Shown piece by piece: positions 1-13,188 of a DNA stretch of 64,000 nucleotides. A model generated the notes under the pieces. The model made no database searches and was not told where the DNA came from. It was given only the letters and a program-made list of their open reading frames with translations. Positions within the stretch are counted from its first letter, which is position 1, and each line of letters opens with the position of its first letter. Made by a program: the position numbers and the translations under genes. The DNA lies in the NCBI GenBank assembly GCA_045837725.1, contig JBEWZL010000202.1, positions 496,001 through 560,000 on the forward strand, written 5' to 3'. Source of the DNA: Vermamoeba vermiformis. Lineage: Eukaryota.

Positions 1-816
1 AATTATTGGGTACCTTGAACGACTTTTTGTTTCGTGTAAAGTTGACACACGATGCCAACGCGAGTTTGTTGGTTGTCAGTTGGAAACGAAACAGTGTTCA
101 ACATGATAAAATCGACTCCCATAATAAAATAATCCGAGTCATTGGCCATCACCGCGAAATGATTGTTGGTCTTGCAGTACTTGGCAATGAACTGATCGGC
201 CTCACCTACATATGGTTAAATACAACTTCAACAAACTAGTAGAAGTTACCTTGCACGGTCATATGTCTAATAGTAAGCTCGTTGAGGATTTGAATTAGAA
301 GCAAGCGGTAAATCATCGTTGAAGTTGAGTCCGGATCTCGAGGAACATTATTGGAAGATACAAGCTCTGATCATCATTAGACTAATTATAATAATTAATA
401 TAAGCTTACTTAAAGCCTCCTTTATCAAATCCCAGCGATCTGCTCTTCTCTGCGTGCGAGTCGAATTTTTGATTGGCTCGAAAACAATCCATCAAATACA
501 ACAATCAGTTCGATTTCTTGTTGCAAAAACGGTCTTAAAAATGATCTGGTGCTCTCTGCAAATGTTTTAAAGCTCATAGGATGGAGCGAGGTCTGTAAAT
601 AATAACGTCAGATCCAAAAATTATTTAAAAATCAACAAAATTATTGCTTACTATTTCCTTCTTCTTTATAAAGTGTAGTAATGATAGGCCATCCACTACA
701 ATAGTTAATCGATCATTTGGATTATTTTGACGCCGAACTACATTCTGCTCGCACAAATCTACCACAATGTAGGCGCCGCAGCGTTGAAGATATGACGTGA
801 GACCCTTTACACCCAT
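1..816 (-). CDS. Asteroid/FAM120-type PIN (XPG-like) domain protein, 5' part; multi-exon, runs off the window start
   Basis: Starts MGVKGLTSYLQ...TIVVDGLSLLHF. A downstream exon (~100-205) reads GEADQFIAKYC...AVMANDSDYFI, the EAD and DSD motifs of FEN/XPG-like PIN domains. Confidence 0.75.
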
Positions 817-1250
817 CCCAAACAATAATGGGGATTATTGTGGTCACAGGCGCCATAATTCTTGAAAGAAGAACAAAAATGTCAAGGGTTTTTGGCCTTT
901 CCTTTGACCACTAATGATTTGCCACAACCAAAGCGTCTCGACTATTAATTAATACTTATCTGCAGCGCCAACTTACCGTACCTTAAGACAAAATTCGATT
1001 CTCAGCTCTACCTACATCAGTTCCGCTTAAGTACGCGCGCAAACTAGTCCTGGGGCTCGTACGTGAGAAAGGTTGCATCGGATAACAACACAACGCTTGT
1101 GTGACCTTAAGGTTCGTCTTGCAATTCCATTGGTTCTCATTGTTGCATAGATTGTAAAGCCAAATTTGCAGCTTTTGGCGTGCCCTTTTTTTTTTGTACG
1201 GACTTCATTTACCATTCAAACGCAACACAAACACCACACGTCTATCAATA

Positions 1251-1925
1251 ATGGCAAACACTCCTAAACTCTACCTACACTACTCGTCTTTTTCGACTTT
1301 TGTGCCAGTGGAAAAAGAAGAGTTCGCATCCAAGAAGTTCGCCGAGCCTGCAGTGCAACGAATATTAACAGAAAGCACGAAAAAAGCACTTAAAAATACT
1401 TGCGGTGTCGAATTGAAGCCTGACGAGACTCTAGTGTTCGAAGTAATGGGGGTTCCACCCCAGATGCAAGCAAAACTTAAAGTCTCGGACATAACGACAC
1501 CAAAGTTCGGGATTCTGGTCTCATGCAAGAAGCAAGAGCGACACGAGTGTCCTATAATTACGTCGTTGAAGCACCATCAGGTACAAAATGCGGAGCTGAT
1601 GAGCGAATCTCTTATACGTGAAGAAGGTAAGCCTTATTCCGTTTGAAGAACTAAACTAAAATAATCCTACAGAATTGAACGCAAAACCAAAAAAAGCAGG
1701 TAAGTGCCGGTTTCTGGCTTTTGCTGCTTCCGAATCTGACAAAATTGTTTTTCAGAATTGCCTGCCGAAGCTATGGACAACAGATCAATCTTGGCCCTTG
1801 TTCACGACCTGGACACTAAATATACCACGCTCAAGGCCGATCACGAGGCACTCAAGGCCAACCACGAGGCACTCAAGCAGAGAGTTTCTGATTTGGAGAA
1901 ATGTGCACTGGCAAATCATAGTTGA
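1251..1925 (+). CDS. Hypothetical protein with C-terminal coiled coil (3 exons)
   Basis: ATG at 1251 (MANTPKLYL...). Two short GT-AG introns (~1628-1672, ~1700-1756). Last exon ends ...LKADHEALKANHEALKQRVSDLEKCALANHS*. Confidence 0.55.
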
Positions 1926-2119
1926 AGTGGATTCGCAGCCTGGTTGCTTGTCAAAATTAATGAACAAAACCTTTCTTCTTCTTTTGCATCGCTCATAGTT
2001 TGAAACAAAAACTGACACTTCGGTCAAGAAGCCACGCTGTTGACTTATTAATTCCTTTCCAAATTCCATTAGGCACGAGTAAGAGCTGCTGATGTTAGTT
2101 ATTATCACCAAAACTGACT

Positions 2120-5100
2120 TTACTGCTTATTCGTCGCTGTTACATTTTTGTTATTATCTTTAGTTCCCTTGTTATTACTTCTATTATTGTTGTTCTTCTT
2201 AGCATTATTATTGTTAGTGTTGTTATTATTCTTTGTTTTGAAGTTCTGCGCAACGTAATTGTTGAGAGTTTTGTCGAATTTGTTGCTCTTAATCACCTTT
2301 GAACTGCCGGTATTCGTCTTGTTATTATCACTGCCCTTGTTATTAGCATTGCCAGGACCTTTGTTATTAGGCCCTCTATTGTTCGGACCTCTGTTGTTAG
2401 GACCCTTGTTGGCAAACTTGGCAGGTGGAGGACCGCGTTGATTGGACACTGGACCGCCTCGTCGTCTGTTGTGACCCTTGATGAGACCTTTGTCTTCTCG
2501 GTACCTATAAGCAATATGTGTTATTAACACGGATGAATACGATAAGGAAAGTCAGCTAGTGACCTCGGCGAGATCCCGATCTGCACACGAGTACTTACGG
2601 CTGCAATTTCTTCAGAGGGACGACTTGATTAAGCTCCTTATCATCCTTCTCAAGGATGTCAACAACACTCATGCCGTAGTCAGCTGCAGGTACAGTAGTG
2701 TATTTGAAGCGAGTCTTCAAACCGTCGGCGATCTACAAAAAAAAAATCAGATTCGGTTTCGATCAACAACATTTTGATAAGTATGAACTGTGCAATTGAT
2801 AATCAAAGATAGTATAAGAAATAATAGACCAAAGCTGAGAAAACTTACGATGTCCTCGTAGTCCAATTTGTAGATCTCGTCGAAGTAATCCTTCAACGGC
2901 AAATTCTTCAAATTTTTGCGTTCTTTGCGTTGTTTTCGCTTTGATTTGCGACCATCGCCTGACTCGTCATAAATAATATTGCCTTCAGGGTTCTCTTCGT
3001 CCTCTTCATTGTAATACTCTTCGTTATTATTATTCTCGTCGCCTTCATTCATATTTTCATCGCCTTCTTGATCTTCATTCATTTCTTCGTCTTGATCTGC
3101 ATCCGCTTCTGATTTTTCTTCTTTATTCTTAGCCAAGAATGAACTAGCAGTAGCAACGCTAGGCCCTTGGTAAGTCTCGGCATATGACCCTTCGTCGTCT
3201 GAATCAAACACAGGCTTTTCATTGTCATCAGCATTGTAGTACTCGTCGTTGAAAATTGATTGCATTTTTTTGTCCCATTGATCCGGATCAAAATCACCGT
3301 CCAAGTCCATATCTTTCAGCGTTGAATCCACTAATTACATTTGTTAAATATATTGTATTAATTTGCATCAGGATGATAATATAAAATACCTTCGATGCCT
3401 GCAGCTTTTTGGATCTCCAATAATTTGTCAACAATTTCGCGTTTCTTCTTCTTAATTTCGCGTTTTTTCTCGTCTTCAATCTTTTTAGCTTCTTTTGCTT
3501 TTCTTTCTTCGCGCTTTTTACGAGCATCAGCACGAGATGTGTCCTTCTTACGCACTGAATCGATGTCACGTGCGTAGGTCATAATTTGAGCGCCACCACT
3601 AGAATATAAGTCGCTAAGTATATTTTACGCAATTCTAATTATCGGTTGTATAATATTCAATAATTGAACGGAGATCAGTTTTCAGTTCCAAAAACAGATC
3701 TGTTACACGAACAACAATCAAAGTCAATTTGCTTCTTAACATAATATCACTGATCTATACTTACGGTTCTTCGAATCTAAAGTTATATTTGTGCTCAAAC
3801 TCTTCCTGTTTTTCATAAGCTTCCTCGTCCATATCATCATGGTGGATCTTAACAAGCTCATCGTACGAGGGAATTTTAGCTGATTCTTTGTCGAGCCATC
3901 GCTTGTTGGTAATATACCTATCATATATTATGAGTCCAAATAAGCAACAGAAGCTTTTAGGGTCGTGCGTGACCCGATCTCAAATTTGAAATTGTTTAAA
4001 TTAAGCTGAAAATATTACTACGTACTCTCGCAAGAATTTATCGCCCTCGTCCAAGTCATCACGCTCCCAAAATCCAGTCAAGAGCTCAACTTCGTGCTTT
4101 TCTCGCTCCTCATTGACTTGCTTTTGTTCAAGTTTCTTCAAGAAGGCTTTATACTCATTCTCTTCCTTCTCAATCTCTTCTTTAGTCTTTTCGCGCTTTT
4201 GAAGCAAATTTTCTGTTGCAAAAGAACGTTAGATCAGCACTGTTAGTGAATAGCAGATCCGGGTTTGCTAATTTGAATATTATCATTGTAGAAAATTAGA
4301 AAACCATTTGTATATTAAAAATATTACCTTCTTCAACCTCTTCGCCAGCTTCAGCGGCAGCAAACGCCCTCAAAAATTCTTCTTTGGCGAGTCGTTGCTC
4401 CTCAGCCAATGAAAGTACCTTTTTCTTCTCTTGTTTAATACTAGTACTCTTGCTGTCTTCGTCATCAGATTCATAACTCGCAGCTTCTCCTTTCGCGGCT
4501 TTCTCTAAGATCTGCTCTCTGAGCGCATCCTTGTATGTCATTTTTTTCTATTTCACCATCATTAGTACTGTAATTATTTCGTACAATAAATATGTATACC
4601 TCTTTCTTTTTGCCACGAGAGCCCTCCTCTTCGGAGACGACATCAGCAATTGGCTCGGCTAGATCGCAGTTAGTCAAATCGATCGCAGTAAAAATAATTT
4701 AAATAATTTGGAAAAAATCATTATTATAACTTACGCTTAAAGAAACGCTTTTCTTTGTTATAAATGTCCGGATGCTTCGCGCGGATGAGAGGAATGACTT
4801 TCATAAAATCGTCAGCAACGTATTTAGCCAAGCTAGCCTCTTCATCTTCATCTTCTGAAGAGGATTCATCTTCTTCTGACTCCTCAGACGATGATTCAAC
4901 CTCTTCTTCTTTTTCTTTCACTGCGATCGACGTGTTAAATCAGGATCCAAGATCAGATCGGCCAACAATTAATTAAAATAACGAACAAATAATAAGTGAA
5001 AATAATTGTCATGAATTATTTCTCGTTTTTGGCTTTTTCAAGCCTAAACTGAAAAGTCGATCTTACGTTTCTTGAGATCTTCCTTGGTCTCTTGCTTCGA

Positions 5101-5157
5101 AGGACCACTTTGCTTCTTATCTCCGTCTTTATTTGGCTTTTGATTCTTAGAGGCCAT
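2120..5157 (-). CDS. KRI1: KRI1-like 40S ribosome biogenesis factor (multi-exon)
   Basis: Acidic N-terminus and motifs IRAKHPDIYNKEKRFF, FEHKYNFRFEE, TYARDIDSVRKKD, DGDFDPDQWDKKMQSIFNDEYY, YFDEIYKLDYEDI, KELNQVVPLKKLQPYR. Confidence 0.9.
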
Positions 5158-5295
5158 TGTCGTGCTTCAGTTACAAAATTCAAGTGAAATAACGAGCAGG
5201 GCGAAACTTCTTTTAACCACAACGGGGAACTATACAAAAAAGAGCTCGTATATTACGCAAATCATTTATTTACAGTTAGAATTGTTGCAAGTAAT

Positions 5296-8182
5296 TTACA
5301 CGGCCGAGATGAGTTTCAACATCTCGCCAGCAGGAGTGCCCAATCGCTTGTTGCACATGAAATCAATCTCACGCAACACGTTGTGAGGCGAGGCACGCAA
5401 GAAGATCAATTGGTCGGGCTGATCTCGGTGTTGTTTGCACGAGTTGAAGATCAGGTTGATGCATGCCCGACGGAGACGAGGCGTCAAAGTGCGTTCACTC
5501 AACAACAGCAAGTCAACGACGTTTTCAGTAGCAATCGAGTCCTCGATCTCCGTGGCAATCAGCTGCTTCATGTCCTCGATCAAAAATCTGTCCGCACCCA
5601 TCAACAACTCGATCACGTTGTCAGCAGTCAACTCGGGCAAACAGTTCGAGTACAAATATTGCATCAAATGCACAAAGGTATCCTACGAAAGTTCGCAGTT
5701 AGTAACGCTGTTATTTCCATTTATGGTAATCGACTTACTTGATGAATTTCGTCCAATGGGAAGCTGCTGCGACCTCGCTCAGCGAATGCAGAGTTGGGGT
5801 CCAAAATTGTCTTGAAATAGTCGGATCGAGACACCAAGACGCATTTGTGGCCGTAGACAGTGATCATCGCATTCGAATCAGCTGATTCTTTCACCGTGAA
5901 AGTCACATCGGAGTATTGTTTGCTGTTCACTGCCTCCATCATTTGTTCAGCGAACAACGAAACTGGAATGGCAACGGAGGTACCATCTGACAAAAACGGT
6001 TAGTCTAAGGTTTGATAATCAAAAGCTAAGTGTCTCGTACCATTTTCAATTCTGCCCAAGCGAGCGAATCGTTTGCAAAGAGCGACGAGTCGTGGCAATC
6101 TGTAGCTCGCGGCCAAATCTTGCAACTTGGGCACGAGGTGAGGAGCGACCTTCAAGTGATCGGTGTAGAGGTAATACAACAGACCCAAGAACACGTTGTG
6201 GTCAATGTTCTTAAGCTCCACCTCTTCGTCGTACTTCTGACCCGCGAATCGATAGAGCATCAATGCAATTTGTTTCAAGTGCTGGCATCTGTTGTACACG
6301 ATCACACGGTGCGCGAAGATTGTCTTGCCGCCCACTCTGTACTTCAAGTCGCTGTATTGAGGATTGTTCACGAGCCACTTGAAGTCAAACGCGAAGCTGG
6401 ACGAGCTCGAGGCTAACCGAAAAATTAAATTTACGAATCGATTGGGAAGTGCCTTTGTACGTACCAGTAATAGCAATGGTGTGATTGCCCGAGGCAGCAG
6501 CTTCCAGGATAGGTTCACCACGCAAACGAGAGATCAAAGTGGGAGCTACTTGGAACTTTCTGTTACCGTGACCGAGCACACCTTGCATGCCCCAGCCCCA
6601 TGTGAAAATTTCTCCGCTTTCAGAGATAGCAATGTTGTGCAAGTTGCCGCAAGCAATTTTAATGATTTTTCTGCCTTCGAAATCTTCTTCGAGAGGTCGC
6701 GGCACTGAATAGAAGTAGTTGTGGTCTTTGACGCGCTCGTTTGTTCGCCAATCGCTGGCCTTGCTACCTCCTTGTTGACCATATTCTGAGCTACCAAAAG
6801 ACCATACTTGGCCGTTGTCTTCGAGGATCAGGCTGTGATGTGAGCCACACGCGATCCTAGTGATTTTTTTGGCCTCAATCTCCTTGATAATAAGTGGAAC
6901 TCCTTCATCAGACAAAACTCCGTGACCAAGCTGACCGAAGACACCCAAGCCCTGGTATAAGATCATGTTAGCACGAAGTAGATTTCTTGTTTTATGGCTA
7001 AAACATACCCATGAGTAGACCTGGCCGCGGTCAGTAAGTGCCAAGCTGTGCTGTTGTCCGCAAGCAACGTCAACTACTCGTTCGTGGCCCAACAACTTGA
7101 TTAACTGTGGCTCTTCTTGGTTCAATCTGTGACCAAAGCCGAGCTGCAATTTGTCGTTGTAACCCCAGCCATAAACACGACCTTCATCGGTGACTGCCAA
7201 ACTGAATGAATAACCTGCAGCGACTCTGACAACTCGTTCATGAATCAATGATTCGACGAGCAAAGGAACGTTTTGCAAATAGGACGTGAAGGTTCCAAAG
7301 TTTCCAAGCTGGTTGTTCTCGTTGTCGATGTGCGCCTTTTTGCCTAAGACCAAAAGAGTCAACTCTAGCGTCATATCAACTCCCCGTACGATTACAACAT
7401 ACCACTGTAATATTGCTGATGAGATTTATCAATCAATCGACGAGCCCAGTCGCTCATGCCAGGCATTTCAATTACTCCTCCAAAATATTGTTTGTCGTCA
7501 TTCAATCGTTGCAATTTGCCCCATTGGTATAATCTGCCATCGGCTATTAATTGGAAGTTAGTAATCAAAAATTATGACCTTGCTGAGAAAGTTTTTCTCG
7601 ATCGAGATTCGCAACGTACCCGTAACAGCTAACGAATGAAAACTGCCGCAACCAACATACACGACTCTATCACCTCTTAACGCGTCAATTCGTTTAGGAG
7701 CTGATTCGAAATTGCAGTTCTAAAACGAGATTTAATTAGATTATGCGACAAGATCAAGAAATCACGCGACAGTTACCTCGCCATGTCCTAATTGACCCTC
7801 TCGGCCACGACCCCATGAATATACATCACCGGTCTCTGTAATAAAAATTGTTTAGAATTTGTAGATCGACAAAGACATTCATTTTGCTTTTTCAATCTCG
7901 GATCAGACGCGCTTAATTCGCCGCGTTAACAAATATTTCAGAAACCACCAATAGAAAATTAATTATAACTTACCAACGAGTGCGAGGGAGTGATATTCGC
8001 CGGAGGCAATTTGAATAATATTTTTGCCTTTCAGTCCTTCGATAATCACCGGATCGAGTTGTGTTTCGCATACGCCAGTACCTAGCTCTCCTTTTTTACC
8101 GGTACCCCAAGTATAAACTAAATGGAAAGTTAGCAAGGTGGATCCAGCCGTTAGTGCTTTGTAGACGATACTTACCAGACAT
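5296..8182 (-). CDS. RCC1-repeat and tandem BTB/POZ domain protein (multi-exon)
   Basis: Spliced start MSVYTWGTGKKGELG. Many RCC1 repeats (VAAGYSFSLAV, VACGQQHSLAL, IACGSHHSLIL). Two BTB domains (YSDLKYRVGGKTIFAHRVI; YSDVTFTV...GHKCVLVSRSDYF). Confidence 0.9.
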
Positions 8183-8630
8183 TATGATCTATTATAATAT
8201 CAAAAATATTCCCTTTGGTGCTCCTCTTCAAATTTGTTACAAAAATGGTGAAATGACTCGCGGGTTTTTGTTTGGATCGAAAATTAAGGGACGAAATTCT
8301 AGGAAGTTCAAATAATTTGTATATTCGCTTCCTCTGTTTTCTTGTCAATTCTTGCTCAATATCTAACGCAACGAGATTTTTAGTCGGTTTTGCATTTAAA
8401 TTTGGCTTTGTTGTGAGTCTGTCATCTGAGCCGATATTCGTGTCGTTGAATACAGAGCTTTGGATAGCCCTGGTGAGACAATAGTACGTAACAATATACG
8501 GTATACTCCATTGTTGATCGTTCTTGTGGTGGTCGTGATGCAGGAGATTTTTGGATCTGACGATAAGTGCGAACTCGGCCGAAGGAAGAAATCAGTCTTT
8601 TTATATACAACTATCAAACTATCTACAATT

Positions 8631-9155
8631 TTAGCGATACTCCCAAGGTTGACGGCACATTGGACCTAGATCGGTGTTAGAGAAAAGAAAATTAATAAGA
8701 CACAGAATTACGGCCTTACACTCATCTTTTGACCGCGTCCACTTATTAATGCAGTGCATATGAAATACGTGATTGCATTTGCCCCAAGCTATATGAATAA
8801 CGGTTTAGTTAGGGTAGTTGGTAGCTCTGATCCCGCCAAATTTTCCAATATTGGATTAACAAATATTTTTCAATAATATTATAATAATGTTACAGCACCT
8901 CGTGCTTCGAAATTGAAATAATAATAAAATGCGGCATTCATGCCAAGAGTTAACAAAAATATTAATCAAAATTAACTTGTTGCTTTGGAAAAGCTCGCTG
9001 GCATTACCTGGGGGACAATCTTCTCCTGGTAATTTACAATCTGTACAATGGGCATCAAACTGCATTTGACAGATGCCGCAGTTCTCTTCGGATACGTTCC
9101 ACTTCCATTCGGCAATTGTGTGCCAGTTCTTGATGCGAATCTTAACGGCGGACAT
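8631..9155 (-). CDS. APC11: Anaphase-promoting complex subunit 11 (RING-H2), 3 exons
   Basis: KIRIKNWHTIAEWKW...CGICQMQFDAHCTDCKLPGEDCPP / WGKCNHVFHMHCINKW / CPMCRQPWEYR*. Confidence 0.95.
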
Positions 9156-9296
9156 AGATTAATCTAATAGCTGCGTTGTATCGCAGAAAAGATAATGTTC
9201 GACAAGCCCTTTTCCTTTAAAAAAAAACATTTATCTAATCCGCCAAACAAACCACAACAGCTGACCAATTATGCACACTATTTCGAGTTGATAACA

Positions 9297-10495
9297 ATGA
9301 CCTCTCCAAACCCCAACCCTCAGCAACAACAGCTGACAACAGAGTTAATTCAAAAGGTTTGTGACGTCATAGATCACGAATGCTAATTAAATGAATGAAT
9401 AATTTTTTAAAATATTAACAATAATTACCATGCAGTATTTGGACGAAAATCAACAGTTAATTTTAGCGATACTCGAAAATCAAAATATTGGCCGTCTTGA
9501 AGAATGCATCCAGTAAGTATTACCACCCAAAATTGACATTATTAAATTAAATTAAATGGCAATGCGCTCATTGGTTATAAATATTAGATACTCGGCACGG
9601 TTACAACAAAACTTGAAATATTTGGCAACCATTGCTGATTCACAGCCACAAGCCACGGGCTTAATGTATCCGCCAATGTACAACGTAAGATTGCCTACGG
9701 CGCTCGGTTGACAATACTTATTGTTTTGCTTCAGTATAATCAAGCGGCCCTGATGCCACAAATGCCTCAAGTGCCGCAAACACCGCCAATGGTCAATGTA
9801 ATGGATCCGCTCCAACAATACCCGCTGACAGTGCCAGCACCACCACCACAGGTAAAAAAACAAAAAAAATAGCAATACTCCATCCAACGGGAGGGCATGA
9901 AAAAAGGGCTATCACACAAAATTAATTGAGGGTGCATGGTGCACTTGGTAGCACGTCCGCTTTGCATGCGGGAGGTACGGGGATCGAAACCCTGTGCATC
10001 CAACTTTCTTTTTTTTTTTGGCTCCTTGTCGCTGACTCTCGTGCATAGAAAGAGAAAGGTCTTCATTGGACTGCTGAGGAACAACAACGGTTCTTGGATG
10101 CTTTGCAGATGTTCGGAGCCAAAGGTGGGATCAGCTTCTTTTTTGTTTTGTGTCTGTAAATGCCCACTAACGAGCATTTAGATATCAAGAAGATAACAGA
10201 GTACGTTGGCACGAGAACAGCATCGCAAGTGCGCAGTCATCTCCAAAAGCATCAGCAAAAGATGACAAAGGTGATCGGTCGGATCCCATTTACTCCTTCG
10301 GGCACTGCCAAGCGTGCTCCTCAACTGGTCATTACTGCGCCTACCTCTCCATTCCCGCAGTTCCATACGCCAATTACACCGCCGCACTTCACACCACAAT
10401 CGCCGATATTGATCGCGTCAACTCCTTCCACTCCAAATCCAATTCCGTTGTCGCCCATTCCGTCAAACACCAATCAGAACAACACCAATCAGTAA
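9297..10495 (+). CDS. SSXT/SS18(GIF)-type SNH domain protein fused to a SHAQKY-class Myb domain (about 6 exons)
   Basis: Spliced reading: LTTELIQK-YLDENQQLILAILENQNIGRLEECIQ-YSARLQQNLKYLATIAD (SNH domain), a Q/P-rich linker, then HWTAEEQQRFLDALQMFG-DIKKITEYVGTRTASQVRSHLQKH (Myb). Confidence 0.85.
9812..10034 (+). repeat. Copy 1 of a ~225-bp inverted duplication (exon end, splice donor, tRNA-Ala, terminator)
   Basis: Close match to the reverse complement of 12959-13188; the tRNA body is identical. Confidence 0.95.
9930..10002 (+). tRNA. tRNA-Ala(UGC), in an intron of the SSXT-Myb gene
   Basis: Acceptor stem GGGTGCA/TGCATCC with G3:U70. D stem GTGC/GCAC. Anticodon loop TTTGCAT. T arm with GATCGAAAC. 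Oligo-T terminator just downstream. Confidence 0.97.
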
Positions 10496-10851
10496 CCGCG
10501 AATTATCACCCTTAGGCTGATAGTTAAGGCACGACCGAAAGCATAAGTCAAGACAGTTAATTTTGCAAGCACTTGCACGAGGAGGCTTACGTAGTTGTCC
10601 TGCTCTCAAAATCAAGTAGAGCAGGGCTCTGTACACGCATGTTGTTCGTGATTTTTTATTATCACAAACTCAATGAAGCTAATAACAAACAACCAGTCTT
10701 GTAATGTGAAATGTAGTACGCAATAACGTAGGTAAAAATCGTCGACGGGTGGTACTTCGGTCCCATCCGTACTAAACAAATTTTCAGCAAGTTGGAGTGC
10801 TTATTTAAAGCGTACAGTTAGCACACAAAACTAGCACCTGGTACACTGAAG

Positions 10852-12631
10852 ATGGAGCAAACTGTAAGCAGATGCAATCGTTTTCAGAATTCAGATCTGA
10901 CTTCTAACATTTCTAAAATCAATAAATTAATTACTAAAATACTTTCTTATCATTCCCCGATTAATAGATAATTTACATCTACTTATTTGACTTGATAGTT
11001 AATTTTTGAATTTTGATAGTTTATTGGATACCCTGCCGCTGGGCTGCCAAAAGATGTATGGGGCCAAATCCTACAAAACCTTGGCATATTCGAGCTTGTC
11101 TTCATGCGAGCTACCAATTCAACGTTCTACAACTGGTGCAAAGAATACAAACCGTTCCCGAAGTATTTCGTGTTGGATCAAGACAAGTTCACCGAGTACT
11201 TGGTTGAAAATGGCTTCATATCGTGCCTGGACTATGTTAAGAACGTCTTAAACTTCGAATTGACCGACAAGCTTTGTTCAGTTGCAGCACGATCTGGTCA
11301 AGTTGAAATGCTGAAATATTTAAGGAACCAACGCCTTGCAATCGATCCCAACAAAATAATATTAGAATGCACGCAAGGCACCTGCAACATTGATATGGTG
11401 AAGTACTTGCATGAGACCGGAGCAATTTGGGGAGAAGTCAGAAACAATCGCTTATCGTATTCTGAAACAGCAATGGAAAACATGGCACGTCACGGTCACT
11501 TGTCATGCATGAAATATGCAATGGAGAATGGCTGCACTCAACGAGTCATTCCCTACACTCCTTCAATCGAGTGCTTGGAGTTTGCAATTCAAAACGAATT
11601 CGAATGGAACGCCATACAAATATTGAGCCCGAGAGTTGGTACGAGATCACCGCCGAAACTCAAGAATAATATTTGTGAGGAAGCAGCAAGGTTTGGTAAC
11701 TTTACAATGCTTCAGTACGCTCATCAGCACGGCGTTCCACTCAAAAACAGCGCTAGTTTAGCAGCACAAGCAGGGCATTTAGATTGCTTAGTCTATGCAA
11801 CGAACCCTTTACCGATAGGTGCTGATCTGCCAAACGGCGCAGCAACAATGGAATGTTTCAAATACTTGCTCGACAAGTACCCAAAACGCAATACAACGGT
11901 CATGTGGCGCTATCAAATACAAATAGGCAATATGGAAATTCTACGCTTCATGCTTGAAAACAAGTTTCCGTTGCCAGACGATCGAGAGTTGCTGGCATGG
12001 GCGACTAAGTTCGAAGTGTTCAAATTTCTCGTTGACGAATTGAAAGTGCCTTGTCATTCATTCAATCCGTATTCTCGATTTGCTAAAGAAGGCAATCTCG
12101 ACGGCTTGAAATTTGCATTCGAACGGAATTTACCTTTGTACGCGTCACAGCCCAGCTTTGTACCGATTCGTCCTTCATCTATTATCAACGAAATTATCTG
12201 CAATGCAATTCAGTCGAAGAATGTTGAAGTGTTGAAACTTGTGTGGGAAAAAATAATGCCAAAAGACGAAGTTGTTAATGATCAGTGGTGCAATTATGCT
12301 GTAACCAGCTCAACACCTGAAATTCTCGACTTTTTGAAACAAAAAGGAGCCAAATGGACATCAAAACATCTCACTACTGCATCTGAATCGAGCAATTTGC
12401 AAAATATGGCATACTTGACTCACATAGGCTGTAAGTAATGTACACTATTGTTTGAGAGATTATTAAAGTAGTATTTTAGGTCAATGGAATGATGCTGCTT
12501 GTATCAAAACAAGCGCGATGTGCGTCAAATATACACAACAGCACGGTTGTACTATCAGTCGTTACCCCGTCCTAGTTAAACCTATTGGAGCGGCTCCCAA
12601 TTCAGGACCTGACTATCAAGATTGTTCTTAG
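10852..12631 (+). CDS. F-box-like plus degenerate ankyrin-repeat protein
   Basis: LPKDVWGQILQNL near the N-terminus. Repeats CSVAARSGQVEMLKYL, MARHGHLSCMKYAMENGC, CEEAARFGNFTMLQYAHQHG, AAQAGHLDCLVYA. One ~1.4-kb exon. Start exon is tentative. Confidence 0.8.
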
Positions 12632-12958
12632 ATGACATTGCGAATACTTCGACATGTGTTGTACAAATGTAGTTCTTTAGAAATAAAAATAAATTCGTAA
12701 GCCAACCTGGCGAACGGTTCAGTTCCAACAACGGAATTAATTTATTTATCAAGTGACTCTTACAGCCACTATTGGCGCCACATCACCGCCAATCCTTACT
12801 AAACGTTACAAAGCTTAATGCTCGACTAAACATTGCGAGCCAAGTGGGGGATCGCACCACAAAAAGAAGCAGCTCCATCCCAGGTGTGAATCTTTGAGTC
12901 TTCCTATGAAGAACAACGTACGTCAGTTAACATGACGCGACAAGGCAAGAAAGAAGGG

Positions 12959-13188
12959 CAGCGACAAGGAGAGGAACCAAAAAAAATAAAAAAGAAAGTT
13001 GGATGCACAGGGTTTCGATCCCCGTACCTCCCGCATGCAAAGCGGACGTGCTACCAAGTGCACCATGCACCCTCAATTAATTTTGCTTGACAGCCCTTTT
13101 TTCATCCCGTCCCGTTGGATGGAGTATTGCTATGTTTTGGTTTTTTACCTGTGGTGGTGGTGCTGGCACTGTCAGCGGGTATTGTTGG
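12959..13188 (-). repeat. Copy 2 of the ~225-bp inverted duplication
   Basis: Reverse complement of 9812-10034 with a few substitutions and indels outside the tRNA. Confidence 0.95.
13000..13072 (-). tRNA. tRNA-Ala(UGC), second identical copy
   Basis: Exact reverse complement of 9930-10002, followed by an oligo-T terminator on the minus strand. Confidence 0.97.

Noticed and set aside
1063-1139. Possible multibranch fold between divergent genes
   Set aside because: Stems are short and there are no tRNA, snRNA or snoRNA motifs; could be chance.
1830-1880. 21-bp tandem repeat
   Set aside because: Coding heptad repeat (LKADHEA/LKANHEA); no spacers, so not a CRISPR array.
2350-2410. 15-bp tandem repeat
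   Set aside because: Encodes the low-complexity NN(R/K)GP tail of KRI1.
3670-3756. Possible box C/D snoRNA in a KRI1 intron (minus strand AGATCAGTGATA...CTGATCT)
   Set aside because: Box C is imperfect, I recognise no rRNA-complementary guide, and AGATC words are common in 5' introns here.
10496-10630. Hairpins after the SSXT-Myb stop with CTGATAG...CGAAA, hammerhead-like
   Set aside because: The core is not CUGANGA and the three stems cannot be assembled.
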